Below, piece by piece: positions 39,410-53,039 of a stretch of 64,000 nucleotides of DNA. Source of the DNA: Epiperipatus broadwayi (taxonomy: Eukaryota > Animalia > Onychophora); the NCBI GenBank assembly GCA_028023455.1, contig JAQFVV010000004.1, positions 7,502,001 to 7,566,000 of the forward strand, read 5' to 3'. Position 1 is the first letter of the stretch, and every line of letters starts with the position of its first letter. The translations under genes were made by a program, and so were the position numbers. Under the pieces are notes generated by a model. That model worked only from the letters and a program-made list of their open reading frames with translations, was not told the DNA's origin and searched no databases.

Positions 39410-39436
39410 CAGAACATCCCTATAATTTTGAACAGA
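39410..39436 (-). CDS. Candidate 27-nt micro-exon (SVQNYRDVL, phase 0-0)
   Basis: CTTTATTTGACAG|TCTGTTCAAAATTATAGGGATGTTCTG|GTAAGTAT; phase-compatible with the 36322-36424 exon. Confidence 0.45.
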
Positions 39437-42179
39437 CTGTCAAATAAAGTGACCATTAAAATATAAAGTTAAAATAATGAGAAATGAAATATGTTTCCCG
39501 ATTTCATTGTCTTATTACTTTAAGGGTGGGATATTGCAATATTTTAGACAGAGACCATGAGAATATTACATGCTTGTACATAAGTAAAATTAAAATGAGG
39601 AATTAATAGGTTTAATTTGACCATATGTGTTTTTAATATTAAACATTAATTTATTTAAAAATTTACATTTTTAAAATTATATGATAGTTACCAAATATTA
39701 TTTTTGAATAATAATGTGAATTTTGTTTTAGCATTGTAAATATTTGTAAAAATGAGAGAAATATATTAAATAAAACAAACAATTTGTTTTGTTCTCTTCA
39801 GTAATTGCACCAGTTTTAAATTTTTTTTATTTTGTTTAAAAAAATAGTAAGATAAGCATAAGAAGTTTACATTATAATTTTAAAAGATAATAATTAAAAA
39901 GATAATTATATAAAAGTTTTAAAAAGAAAGAAAAAAAAGATTTTAACATTTTTGTTAAATTTTTGTTTTAATTGATTAATTTGTTTTCTCTTTATTTCTC
40001 TTCAAAACAAAAACCAGTGTTTACCAAATCAAAGGTAATTAAAAGATTAACTTAAGTACAGATTAGTTTTCTGACTTGTTTTACAATAAAAAATGAGGAA
40101 AATAAGAACATTTGTTTTGTAAAAGTAGAACTTATGGGTCAGTGTTTAATTCAGTCATGTAGAAAACAAGTTTCTGATTTGTTGGATGCAGGTTTGTTTC
40201 AAAAAATAAGAAAGAAAATAAATCAGTAGTCTTGGGTGACTTGAAAGAAGCAGTCATTCTTAATCAAGCTTTTGAGGAGAGCAGTAACAGAAGTTTAGCT
40301 GTGATAAAAGTTTTCTAAAATGAAGTAAGCAAATATGAGCTATGTTTATCTAAAGCTAATCAATATCTACCTCCATGTAACCAGCTCACTAGAAAAATGT
40401 AAAGAAGAAAGAGAATATCCCTAACAGCAACATGCCTTGTTTTCATCCAAGAGCATGATTGTGATTATCTTTGTGTTAGCCTGACTTAGAAATTTATTAA
40501 GAAATTTGATAAACTCATTATGTATTAGCCTAATTTGAAAATAAAAAAATAAAAGAAAATGGAAAAATTCATTTTGTATAAAACCTGAAAATATTGTATA
40601 GCAGAATGGACAAATTAACCTGAATAAAGAAGCCTTCAAGAAAAAAATGTACATAGAAACTGAAAATAAGGGTCAAAGAACAACTCCAAAGAAAAGTAAG
40701 ACCATGATAAAGGTATTTTTAATCTGCACATTATCTCTACATTTATAGATAAATTTTGTGTAGAAATAATACTTGGTCTTAATGAGTAATTTTTATTAAT
40801 TTAACATTTTCTTGTGAAACATTTCTTTATTATTCATTTATTTTTTCTTCAAAATTAAAAAAAATATTTTTTTAGGTAATTTAATTTTTATTAATTTAAC
40901 ATTTTCTTTTAAAATATGTTTTCTTTAATTTTTTTTGATTTTCCCTCCAAAATTATATCAAAAGGTTGATTAGCAATTTTTGTTATTTAAAAGGGAATAA
41001 CTTTATGAAAACAAGTCAATTAATGTAATGAATAAAATCAATTAGTTAATCAAAATTATATTTTTTGATAAAAATGACCAAGTTGGTATTATCATATTAT
41101 TTTTTTAATTTTCTGAATTACTAATTAGTTAATTTATTAAATAAGTGTTCTTAAAAATATTAGTCTCAATGTCTTTTATTCCTCCAACTATCTATTCTAT
41201 GAAGCTCTAGAAAGCATAATGGTTAGTTATATGCCTGTAATGGTTTATGTTAGTATTTGGATATCCAAATGACAACTGTGGGTGGTGTAAAGGTATCACC
41301 TTTAAAGTCCAGTGTAATTTTTTGTTAGAAAAAAATGTAGTTTATAGTTGATGTGAGCACTAATGGTACCATGTGGCCAGAGTATTAATGATGACCAGCA
41401 TCATTTTTTATTATGTATGGTATACTTTGTCTAAAGTTTGACAGTGGTAAATAAATATTGTTTATAATGTATCTCTTTTAAATTCGATTACAAGATTGAC
41501 TGTTTAATTATTGATATTCCAATTACTTTTAGTTACTGGTGGGTGATTTGCAGTTTGTAATATATTATTAAAAGTATGAGGTTTATACTTTGCTTCACTG
41601 AAAATAGTAAATTAAATTGTGTGCTGATACACAATTGAAAAGTTTTTTTCTTTCCAGTTAAAGTAACAAAATAATGCTGAGTGCTTTTGAAAGTTACAAT
41701 ACTCTCAGATTCATAGTTGGCGTAAATTGTGCAGTGATGGAGAGAGAATGTGTTTAAGTATATAGTTGTGGAAATTCAAATTTATGCAAAATCAACAAGT
41801 GTGAATGAGTATCAGAGAGTCTATTTTCTGGAGAAAGGGAAGAATAAATCTTGGTGATTAATATCATGAATGGAATTAGCTATGTAGCGTGCTTCCCTAA
41901 TTTTTCATCTTGAGTCATCTCTCTCAATGTACTGAATAGTTGCTGAAGATAGGGAGAACAAATGCCTGGTTAAATTCTGATGCTTAACAAAACTTGAACT
42001 GCAATACAATTTGATAGCTGCCTTGTTATATATGTATTGGTGCTGTGGTTAATATGTTCTACCTCTCTGCTCAGCTTCATTTTATCCTTTTATATTTATT
42101 CAGTGTTCATAAATGATTATAACCATTCTATGGGAATGATGATGATTCCCTATCACCCCATGTTACCCTTATTTTTTAC

Positions 42180-42700
42180 CATTACTATATATATGTAAAT
42201 AAAATAAAATGTCCATTATGGAATAAATATTTTAATAAATAAAAAAACAATAAATGTAAAAGATAATATATTTATAAAAACTATAATGAATCACAGAAGT
42301 ACTTTCAGTTAATCTCTTAACCTTCTTCAACTGTTATTTAAATTTAAATTGTAGCCAAAGTATGCAGCATCAAATCATATTCCAAGATCCCCAAATTATA
42401 ATGTTAGTAGATTATTAATTTATTATAGATGTTCTATTTTTATTTATAAAAATTGCCTTCTTAATTTTTTTTTAATTTTGATTTCTTCCCTCAAAAAGAA
42501 TCTTAACAATGTCAAGATCAAAATTGAAAGTAAAACATATTTTTTTATGATCAAAGAAAACAGAAACTTCTATTAAATCCTTATTATTCTTATTATTTAT
42601 TTATTTATATAATAATGATGGACCTTTTAATTTTTTCTCAACACTATATCTTGATCCATCTATATATGAAGCTATGCACTTAACCTAAAATTTGATAAAT
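42180..42700 (-). mobile_element. PLE family-H 3' remnant with hammerhead motif (42293-42334)
   Basis: Inverted homolog of 46780-47200; minus strand ACAG-TTGAAGA-AGGTTAA-GAGA-TTAACT-GAAA-GTAC-TT/CTGT. Confidence 0.7.
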
Positions 42701-43239
42701 AATATTACTTTTATATTTAAAGGATATCATTTTTATAATTATTTACCAATCTATTAACATTATGTGGAATACTAAATGGAACATTAAATACATTTTTATA
42801 TATGTTACTATTTTAAAGAAATTGAAAGTTAATGATGAACAAATTGATTAAAATATATAAAGATGTATTTGTTTCATTTTGTGTTTTGCATAATGTTAAT
42901 AGATTGGTAAATAATTCTAAAAAAAATATTATACTGTTTAAACAAAAAAGTAATATTATTTATCAAATTTTATTACAAATAATCAATTTAAAACAAAAAA
43001 ACAGACAACTCATTATAAATAATAATAAAAATTTAATATATCAACCCAGTTTTCATTTCTTATTGGAATCTTTTCAAGATGTTTCTTTTTACACAGTCAC
43101 ATGACCAATCACTCTATAGCAACTACACCCAAATGAACTTTATTCACATTACATTACAATAAATATAATTAATAATATATATATATATATATGATAAACT
43201 TATTACAAACTTTTTTTTATAATATATATTTACAAAATA

Positions 43240-46200
43240 ATCCAAAAAATAATAACAATAGTTTTTCTCCTTTATTTTAAAATTATGGCTCTAAAGATTC
43301 CAATAATCTAACAATGCCCTTTCCTCCTCTAATTGTGCTGGCACTTAAACCATGTTTACATATTTGTTTAAATTTTCTTGAATTTACGAAGTTTCATAAC
43401 ATTTTCTTTCCTTATAATTTTTAACATACTTTATTACCTGAATATTTTTTTCATAATTTATTCTATGTCCAGTGTCCAAAAAATGTATATGTGGCCCTGA
43501 TCTTATATTCTTTCTGATAATTATTTTACCCTTCTTCTTACCTCTTTTAATGGCCATCTTTTTTGTCTGACCTATGCATGTGATATTACAAAGCTCACAA
43601 TTAATTTTATAAGCCAATCCTACCCTATTTCTGGTATTACCCATCTTTTTTCAATTATAAAACCATTTCCCTACAGATTTTCTATTTTTCTATCCTATTT
43701 TAATTTTATCAGATAACTTTACTTTTATCAATGTCTTATATCAGGTGTGTCCAACATATTTATCATGATCGACTAGTCAATTACCAAGAAATTTTAAGTT
43801 GATCACGCAAGCAAAAATAAAGTTTTATATCGAAAAGATTTTATCTTTAAAAACGAAAATTTCAAAATTTTGTTTTGAAAAATAACCATTAAAATTTGAG
43901 ATTTTCTTTTTTTGAATGCAAAATCCAATTTAAAACTAAAATTTTAAAAACTATAAACTGCTTTAATGATAATAACTTTTCTTGCATTTTGAATAACAAA
44001 ATATATTCTATAACCAAAATAGACATGGCAAAATGGTATGATTGTGTGCCATTAATGAATTAATGAAACTGAACCTAATGTATCTATAATTTTTCATTTA
44101 ATTAATAAAACAGTTTTGTGTCAAAAACACGAAACGAATCCCGCCATTTCAATTGTATAAATGTACATTTTTTTGACATTAAAAATTTTTGGAAACAAAA
44201 GTTTGTAAAAAAAACAATCAAATAATGAAAAATTAAATAAAATAATAGCTACTTTCTGGTAAGTTTAGTATTGTTTTATTTCATTTTGTCATGTCTATTT
44301 TGGTGGTTATAGAAATACAAAAAAAAAAACAGTTTATTTTTGAATTTTCGTTTAAGTAGGTTGACTACTTTTGACATTTTGATTTTTTGAAATAATTTTT
44401 AAAAAGTTTTTTCCAATTGTGAAAAGTGGTTGTGATAATTTAATTGTATTAATTTAATATTATACAAGTGTTTTTATTGATAAATCTTATTTTGTGGAAA
44501 AATTAAATTGATTTTTTTCCCTCATAATGAGCAATAAAAAAAACAAAAACATATAATTTCAATAATGATTGGGAAGAAGAATTTTTATTCATCATGTATA
44601 AAGAAAAGTGTTTTTATTGAGTAAATTCTACAGTAGCTTTATCGGAAAGAGGTAAGTAAACAGACATTTTACTACTATACATCCAAGTTTTGATTGAGAT
44701 TTTCCTCCAAAATCTATAATAAGGAAATCTAAAATACAAGTATTAAAAAGATCTCTAAATTAACTACAATATTTGTTCAAAAAAGTTGTTGTAAGTTAAC
44801 AAAGGCAACAATAGCATCTCTCCGAGTGTGTCAGATTTTTATAAAGCACGTAAAGTTTTTTACAGATGGTGAGATATTCAAATAAGCTTTTCTTGCTGCA
44901 GCAGTTAGCCTACTTCACAATTTTAAAACTAAAGTGGAGATTGTTGATGCTATCCAAGACTGTAACAAGATGAGTTGAAACCATGGCAATGGATTTAAGA
45001 TCACAATTTAAACAGTATTTTGAAAATTGTTCAGTTTTACTTCTATTTGATGAGTCAGCTGTTTACTAAAATCTGTGCATTTAGTATTTACTGATTTGAC
45101 TGTAAATGAAGAATTTTTCAGATTTAAACTTTAAAAGAGCAATCCAGAGGAGATGACATCTACAATGTTTTTAAAGCTTTTGTATTATCTGAAAATCTCT
45201 TATGGAGCTCATTTCCATGACTACAGATGATGCTCCTTCTATAACTGGTTGTGAAAATGCATTTTTAGAATTTTATAAGAGAAATATTGATTTTCCTAAT
45301 TTTATTTCATAACATTGCATAATTCATCAACAATCATTATGTAGTAAAATGTTGGACCTCGATAATCTTATGAATAGAACTATTAAAATAATCAATTCGA
45401 TTTGGATGAAAGCACTGCAAAGAAGATTGTTTCAGTCATTGTTAGATAGCATTGATGCAGATTATGGTGACTTTGTTTTCCATAATTCAGTTAGACAGTT
45501 GAGGAAAGCTAATGTTTTAGAATGATTCCACAAGCTGTTTCCACATATAAAAGACTTTCTGAATGAAAGAAAAGATCCTTGTGCTATTTTACTTCACAAG
45601 GTGTGACTGCAAAACTAGCATTTTGAATGGATCTTACAACTAAATTAAATGAATTAAATGTAGATTTGCAAGAACAAATCAAAATAGTTGCTGTCATGAT
45701 TACCTCCATAAAATGAAACTGGAAATTTAGATTTCTCGAATTAATAATAAAAAAAATTGAAACATTTCATAAATTTAAGAGAAGAAATTGGGTAAAATAT
45801 AGAAACAAGTGATTACCAAGAATTTAGAAATATTTTGCAAAACATTCTTCTGCAATTGCAACAAAGATTTTAAGACTTTGAAAAACTTTGGTCAATCACT
45901 TCATTTTTCATCTCACTATTCTCTAAAATAAATATAGAAAATCAATCTATTCTAATTGCAGAAGTATTGAATGTGGATGTAGATAGCTTGGAAATCCAAT
46001 TAATTGAATTACAAAAATGACATTAGATTGAAATCACATGATCAATTTAATATATGGAAGTATATTACCATTGACAATTATCAGCGATTGGAAGATGCGT
46101 GTTAGACTTCCATGTTTTGCATCCACGTATTTATGTGAATCATCATTTTCTCATATGAATTATATAAAATCTAAATATCATACTCGTATATCTGAAAATC

Positions 46201-46700
46201 ATCTTAATGATTGCTTATGCTTCCCTGTTTCTAATTACAAACCAAATTACTCAAAAATAGCTAATATTCAATGTCAATCATCACATTAAATAAATATATT
46301 TAAAATTTTAACTATATTTGATTATTTCATTTATAAGTTGATTCATTTTTCCATTTTTTCCCATTTAATCAAATCACCACTTATTTGGAAAATAAAAAGT
46401 ATCTCTTAGGTTTTAAAAGGTTGGCTCACCTGTCTTGTATAAATGCTTTGAATATAAAATGAAAACTCATTTCCTATTTGCATGCACATGCCTGACACCA
46501 TCTTTTGTATTATTAAGACTCTTATTTCTGAAAATATTTTTAATATCTTTTCTTTTATATCCCATACTAACATAAATATTCTTAACTTCCAATTTCCATT
46601 CAAATGCTTTCTTATTCAATGTTAGCATATCATTTTTTAACTTAAACACTTTCAAAGCTTCTATTTTCTGCAACTATGGTTGATGTGGATGAATTTATGT
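43240..46700 (-). mobile_element. PLE remnant (RT-thumb, linker, GIY-YIG) split by a hAT insertion
   Basis: 43384-43644 reads RVGLAYKINCELCNITCIGQTKK...HFLDTGHRINYEK; 46441-46700 reads IYVSMGYKRKDIKNIF, resembling the PLE RT-EN linker. Confidence 0.75.
43742..46432 (+). mobile_element. Full-length but dead hAT transposon (SPIN/Charlie/GTF2IRD2-like transposase)
   Basis: TIRs CAGGTGTGTCCAAC / GTTGGCTCACCTG; 8-bp TSD TCTTATAT / TCTTGTAT. Transposase remnants from YNFNNDWEEEFLF (~44550) to FASTYLCESSFSHMNYIKSK...HLNDCL (hATC dimerisation); many stops and frameshifts. Confidence 0.9.
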
Positions 46701-46779
46701 CAATTATTTTTAATTTTATATATAAAAGGCAACATTATGGATATATTTTAACATTGAATTTTGATCATTTAGAGTAGCA

Positions 46780-47200
46780 AATTTTATGTAAATGCATAGG
46801 TGAATTGAAATGTACTCATCAAAAAAGGTTAAAAGAGCAATTATTATATAAATGTATAAAAAAATAAGAATAATAATGATTTAATAACAGCCATTTTCTT
46901 TGATCTAGGAAAAGCAGGTAAATTTATATTCAATTTTGATCTTGATAATGCTAAGATTCTTCATAAATGAGAAAAATCATAATAAAAAAAAGAAGACAAT
47001 TTTCATAAACATCTATAATCAATTAACACTGTGGTAATGTTAACATTCAGGAATCTTGAAATATAACTTGAGGATATTTACTTTTGCTATATTTGACTTT
47101 AAATGAAGATATAAGAGATTGACTGAAAGTACTTCTGTGGTTTGTATAGTTTTTATAAATATATTATTACCATTATATTCATTATTTTTTATTTATTACA
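46780..47200 (+). mobile_element. PLE family-H 3' remnant (GIY-YIG C-terminus, decayed HHR ~47100-47140)
   Basis: FNFDLDNAKILHK; GACTGAAAGTACTTCTGTGG. Confidence 0.7.
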
Positions 47201-47988
47201 GTATATAAACTATGATTATTAATTAAATAGCAGTGGAAATGTATATTCTTATTCATGGAATAACTAAGCCTGAGTGCACAAACTATAATAAAAATTCATA
47301 ACTCAGATTTAGTCATTTTAATAAACTTGTAAATAATACTATCTTTCTTATATCAATGTTAATTTATCAGTTTAAAAAGTGATTTATTTCTATCAAATCA
47401 CCAGTCTGTTGATGGTAAATAAATTAAATATTGACCTCCAGAAAAAGTGAAACTTTATATTAGTAATAATTGACAATAAACTTATATATATATATATATT
47501 GTAAGGGTAACTTCCAATCTTATTAAGCTCACTTGTTTATGTGCAATATCAAATCATAAACATAAAAATATAATTTTAATTAATAAACAGTAAATACATT
47601 ATTCTTTTACGTTAAAACATCCATATGCACACATATATAACTTAAATGTTATATTATAAAATGTAGATAATAAAAGTCAAGTCAAATAAATAGTTATTTT
47701 AATGAAATCAAATATTAAAATAATTAAATTTCAATCATTCATATATATATATATATACATATATGTATAAAATAATTATTTATTTTAATTAATATCACTA
47801 ATCAAGACTGAAAATATAGAGATAGTCTAAGGTCAAGTTGTATCTTAGCAACTAAATGTGAAGAAAATAAAATTATAACTCAATTATGCAATTATTAATT
47901 ATAATGCATTCAACAATAATCAAATACAAAATCATGAAATGAAATAGTAATTTAACACATGCTAATTACCAGAAGTAGATTCCACTAT

Positions 47989-48106
47989 AAAAGCTAAATC
48001 AACTAATTTCCAAATCAGTTCTATCTTTTACAAATGAACTAGTCACTAAAAGCTAAATCAACTAATTTCCAAATCAGTTCTATCTTTTACAAATGAACTA
48101 GTCACT
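47989..48106. repeat. Exact 2 x 59-bp tandem duplication
   Basis: AAAAGCTAAATCAAC...GAACTAGTCACT is repeated without mismatch. Confidence 0.95.
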
Positions 48107-48627
48107 ATAATGTTTATTTTGCTGTGTTTGAATACCAACCACATCAGAAAGATGGATCAATAGTTTGGACAAATTTTCCTTGTTTATAAAATCTTTGTTA
48201 GCAGTAAACTCTAATATCACTCAAGTAAAGAGTAAATAAATTACTCTTTAATATCATTAATAATAATTTCAAAACTGAAATTATCTTTAATATAATAATT
48301 AGAGAAATTCTTAATTATATCATTCTAAACTTGAATTTCAAGAAAGACAAATATCATCAAACATATTTATATATCTAAATAAATTTATTTTAAGATTTTA
48401 AGTTATAGAAAATACATCATGAGTACACACATTTTGCCATAGGATCAAATACTATTGTTTTAATCTAAAGCAGTGTAACTATTTATTCCTACTGAAATGC
48501 CTAATATATATATCTCATCTATATAATTCAATATCCAACTTCGATTTATAGTGATATAAATTTATGGAAAGGGATGTCAACATCATGCAAGAAGAAATTT
48601 TATGTGACAATGAAGTACATTGATTAC

Positions 48628-48645
48628 CTCACCAATGATTGATGA
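48628..48645 (-). CDS. Candidate 18-nt micro-exon (SSIIGE, phase 0-0)
   Basis: GTTCTTTTATTTCCAG|TCATCAATCATTGGTGAG|GTAATC. Confidence 0.35.
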
Positions 48646-49491
48646 CTGGAAATAAAAGAACTTTATTAACATTGCTACTTAAAAATTTGGGAATAGGACA
48701 ATACCATAAATTTTAAATACATTATATTATCCTTGTGTATCAATATCTATAAATATTTAATTTTACTTCCTTTGCCTTTAAAACCTGACTACTTTTAAAT
48801 AATCCATTTTGGAAAATCATTAGATGAAAAATGGGAAAAGATCATTGGGTTAACTTCATTTTTTATTTAATAAAATTTAGGTCTTCCTTAAGCAGCAACT
48901 TGACCAGGTTAATAAGTAAACTTAATATGAAGGTAAGATTTTATTGTTCTTCATATTAAATTCATTCACCTATGACATGACAGAATTCTTGTTTATTATT
49001 AAGTTAATTAATTTATTAATATTTGTTTGTTTATTATTCAGCATAAATGACTAACATCTTTGGATGATTCTTTTCATTCAACAATAGTACATAGATTGGA
49101 GGTCAAGTAAAAATGGAATTCTCTCAAAAGGATTTGATATTACAAAAGTCTTCATTTATACTTATATTGTTTAATTTAAATTTAGTTAGCTAGTGTTATC
49201 ATAATCGTTGGAATTATAAAATTTTGTTTATTTTTATAACCTATTAAATATTGTTTGTGTTATGATACATATCTACTATGGGATATAAAAAGGTATAATT
49301 TTAAAATTTATGTACTAATATGGTAGAAATGTATGCAAAACATTCATAATAAAAAAAAATGGCTATATAAAGATAGATTTAAATTGTTTTCAATTAATAA
49401 ATATTGTTAAATTTATTTTAAATTTAAGGAGATCTCTGATTTATTTAAATTATTTATTTTATTTTCATAATAAAATAAAATTGAATATGTG

Positions 49492-49495
<4 letters not shown>

Positions 49496-49540
<45 letters not shown>

Positions 49541-49541
49541 C
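49496..49541. repeat. (CA)n(TA)n microsatellite
   Basis: Read directly. Confidence 0.95.
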
Positions 49542-49689
49542 ATCCTGATTTAACATCATAACTTGGTTGAAAGGAATTTTGAGAATCTATCAAACTTATA
49601 TAAAAGTATTATTATTGCTACAGGATATCATTTGACCCCTGAAAAAAGTTAAATGTAAAATTAACCCTGAGTTTAAATACTGAGCATAA

Positions 49690-49900
49690 TGGAATAGTAA
49701 AGAGAGGTGAAGATTGGATGATTTGGTCTAAGTTGTATCTATATTGAATGTTTAAATATTAAATTATCATATTTGAAATAGATGCAATCACGGATCACAT
49801 TTTTATTATATCATTCATGGCATCTTGCATGAAGACCTAGGTCTGACTATAGTTAGATGCATTCACCCTCATTCCTTAAGAGAATGTGGACTATTACAAT
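49690..49900 (+). mobile_element. Possible mariner transposase remnant
   Basis: HGILHEDLGLTIV resembles the mariner ILHEDLG..KV..xWVP segment; short and decayed. Confidence 0.3.
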
Positions 49901-50949
49901 ATATATGTGATATTGCTTATTAATATGTCAATAGAGACTGTGTAAATTATGTTTATTACAATTTATATTAGAAAAATGTCTAATTAGATAGTATGTAAAA
50001 TGACGTTTTACAAATGAAAATAAATAAAAAGTTGCTCATTGTTTATATATTTAGCATATGGCTTTTTTGAAAAAAGACAATTATTATCTAATCAATTTTA
50101 AAAATCTGTTAAACTATAGAATTATAATAAATATTAGATAAAGTTTGTTAATAAAAATAAACCGCCTAATTACTATGGAAACAATAGCTCCTCTCTCAAT
50201 ACAGTGTGCTACTCAATGCAAACCATAGTAATCAATTGATGTTAGAAGATTTTTGCATAAAAAATGTGATGTTTTAAAGATATGATACTAATCAATACTG
50301 CTGAGTTTCTTCACTACTACTTCACAGTGGCCACATTGATATATAGGTAAAAATAATTATAATAATGAAATGTAATCAGAATTATGAATTAATAATAATA
50401 TAAATGATACAATAGGTTAAACAACATATATTTCTTTTAATATTTTTTAAATTATCATATAATTAATAAATTATTATATTGCATTATATTTAAAGTGTGT
50501 ATATTTATGATCAACTCATGAGTAGATTGGTGAAAAATTATTAATTAATAAACAAATATAAAATTTAATTTGACATACTAATTAATTAATTAATGATTAA
50601 TATAATGCAAATAAAAGTTTTGTTTGCTGAATAATTTATGAACTAAATAATTAATATTGTGATGTGTTAGAACTAAAAATTAAAAATTTGTAATTATGAA
50701 TCTTTACTTTTATGTATATAAATTTGACAATTGCAAAATAATATGATAATCACGTATAAATAGTACCCTTAATGTTGGTGCTTAAAGAAATTAAAATGCT
50801 ACATATGCTGACAGACAAATGTTTTGAAAAAAATTATAAAATTTAATCAATAATTTTATTAAAATAAAAGTTAATAATTAATTTTTATTATATATATAAA
50901 CATTAAAAACATAAAGCTAAACTAGTCATTAAATAATCAAAATTACCTC

Positions 50950-51420
50950 AAATCCAAAACTCAAACAGACTAGTCAAGAAAGTAAAATCTAAAACACAAC
51001 CAATGGTTTCACTGCTACAAGCAGACTTCTCAAGTATAAAGAACTACAAAACAAAAGCATATTTATATTGACCATTACCCACAATTCTATTTACTTCCCA
51101 TCCACCCTTAATATTAATATTAATATTGAGGAAGCTAAGAATGACTTTTTTGAGAGAAATGAAATAAAAAGAAGAATTAAAGAGATTTTATTATTAAAAA
51201 TTTATGATTCTGAAGCAATTAACTTATTTTAAAGTTCTTTTAATATTAAGAGTAGATGGGAAGTAAATGGAATTGTGGGTAATGTTTAATATAAATATGA
51301 TGTTGTTTTGGAGTTCTTTACACTTGAGAAATCTGCTTGTAGTAGTGAAACCATTGGTTATGTTTTAGATTTTACTTTTTTGCTAGTCTGGGTGAGTGTT
51401 GGAGTTGGTGTATTTTTGAT
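50950..51420. mobile_element. Fold-back PLE family D with U3-A8 variant hammerheads (50996-51037 -, 51320-51363 +)
   Basis: Inverted arms ~50950-51115 / 51243-51415; the spacer resembles a GIY-YIG end (IEEAK...ERNEIKRRIKE). Confidence 0.85.
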
Positions 51421-53039
51421 ATATATATATATTGAGATATTTGGATCACATGTTGTTTTGATAAAACACATATGCATACATATATAGCAAACTCTTACAT
51501 TTTGTATTACTGTTTCATTCTTGTTTTTTTTTTTTGTTTCATTAGTTTAGCTTGTTTCTTTATCCCTATAATCAAACTAATGCAATTCCACTGAGCTTAA
51601 TGCAAATATATGTAAATATGTTTTTTTCAAATGAAAGATGGTGATCTAAAATATTTATTTTTATCAAATTATCTAATTATTGTTATAGATATACATACAT
51701 TCTTAGACATTAGATAATGTGTTGCCATACATATTACAGCTCAATTTAGGGTATAAATTAAAGTAAGATTCAATTTCAATAATGTCTTTGCATATTTACT
51801 TCCATATATTCTGTTACATTATAAAAAATGGTACTTATGTATTAGGCCTGCTATGATGAAAGTTAATGATACAAACAAGTATCTAAATAAAGACAAATCA
51901 AATACATTTACAATGTTATAATAAAGAAAATAATTATTTTTTTATGTGAATATTAGATAATATTCCAATTAGAAGAAAGTTATTACTTAAAATGTTTCTT
52001 TTGCTGCTAATTTTATAATTTAAAGTATGCTGTGATATCATTAAAGAATGCTGGCATGATTAATCTATCATCTGGAAAAAGTAAGGTGCACATGTGATTT
52101 ACTGTCCAGCTTCAGTTCCTGATGAGTGACCTTTTTGCACAACTTTTTTTATCCAATGAAATGATTACAATTTGCAAACAATCCATCACTGAGGACAATG
52201 CAGTTCACTATTTTCAAAAGACAGTTACAGACTGGAATAACTATCTGTGAGAATTTATGCATAAAGCATGTTATCATTGGAAAAATACAAAATCCTACAG
52301 AAATGATGACTTGTGAGCTGCTAAAATACCAACAGTTTTGCATAAATCATAGCTACACTTTCATTTGCATTTTGCATGAAAAATTTTAATCCACCCCATT
52401 GATTATAAGAAACAAACATTTGCTCTTCTTTTTTATTAAAATAAATGTATATTGCTAAAAGTTTAGTTGTTGCAACATAATTTCTTGCATAAAAATGTAA
52501 ATGCATGTTTGTTTTCAATAAATAAAGTTATAGGTCACCATTTTATACTAAATAAAGTTACTTGGCATCATTTATAAAAATTGATGGATCAAATTGGTCA
52601 GAAGATCCCAGGCAGACATTATTTTACAAGATCACAAGGTTAGATAGTTATTGCAGAATTAATACATATATATTTTACAGCAGGTCTAATATGTAAGTAC
52701 CAAAAATATATCACAAGTCTTATATTATGATTAAATTATTCGATATATTTTTGTTTTTTAGCAGTGCATTCTCATGATAGCTCTGCCATATATATATATA
52801 ATTTGGATTCATCTGTGTATAATTTATTGTATATGCCAATTTTGGCTGAGTCACACAAGCCATAGACTTGGTAATAAATATTATAAAAATGGTTGTAGTT
52901 GCAATGTAAGCACTGACGTATAATAAGATTAAGAGTTTCACTAATAGAAAAACAGGTATAGAAAATTTTAAAAACTGAAGTAATAGAAATCAGAAATTAT
53001 TCAGATTAATGTGTTTTTTTTTAAAAGAAATTTCCAAAT

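Noticed and set aside
41250-42090. Decayed CR1/Jockey-like fragment
   Set aside because: Only vague resemblance; not supportable without a database search.
48881-48932. Plus-strand exon-like segment (TTTAG|...ATGAAG|GTAAGA); also 52681-52692
   Set aside because: Splice-like signals only, with no GC enrichment or compatible partner exon found; such matches are expected by chance in 64 kb.
52119-52145. Hammerhead at CTGATGAGTG...GCAC; also CTGATGAAGC at 24756
   Set aside because: No GAAA box, stem III or stem I partner follows.
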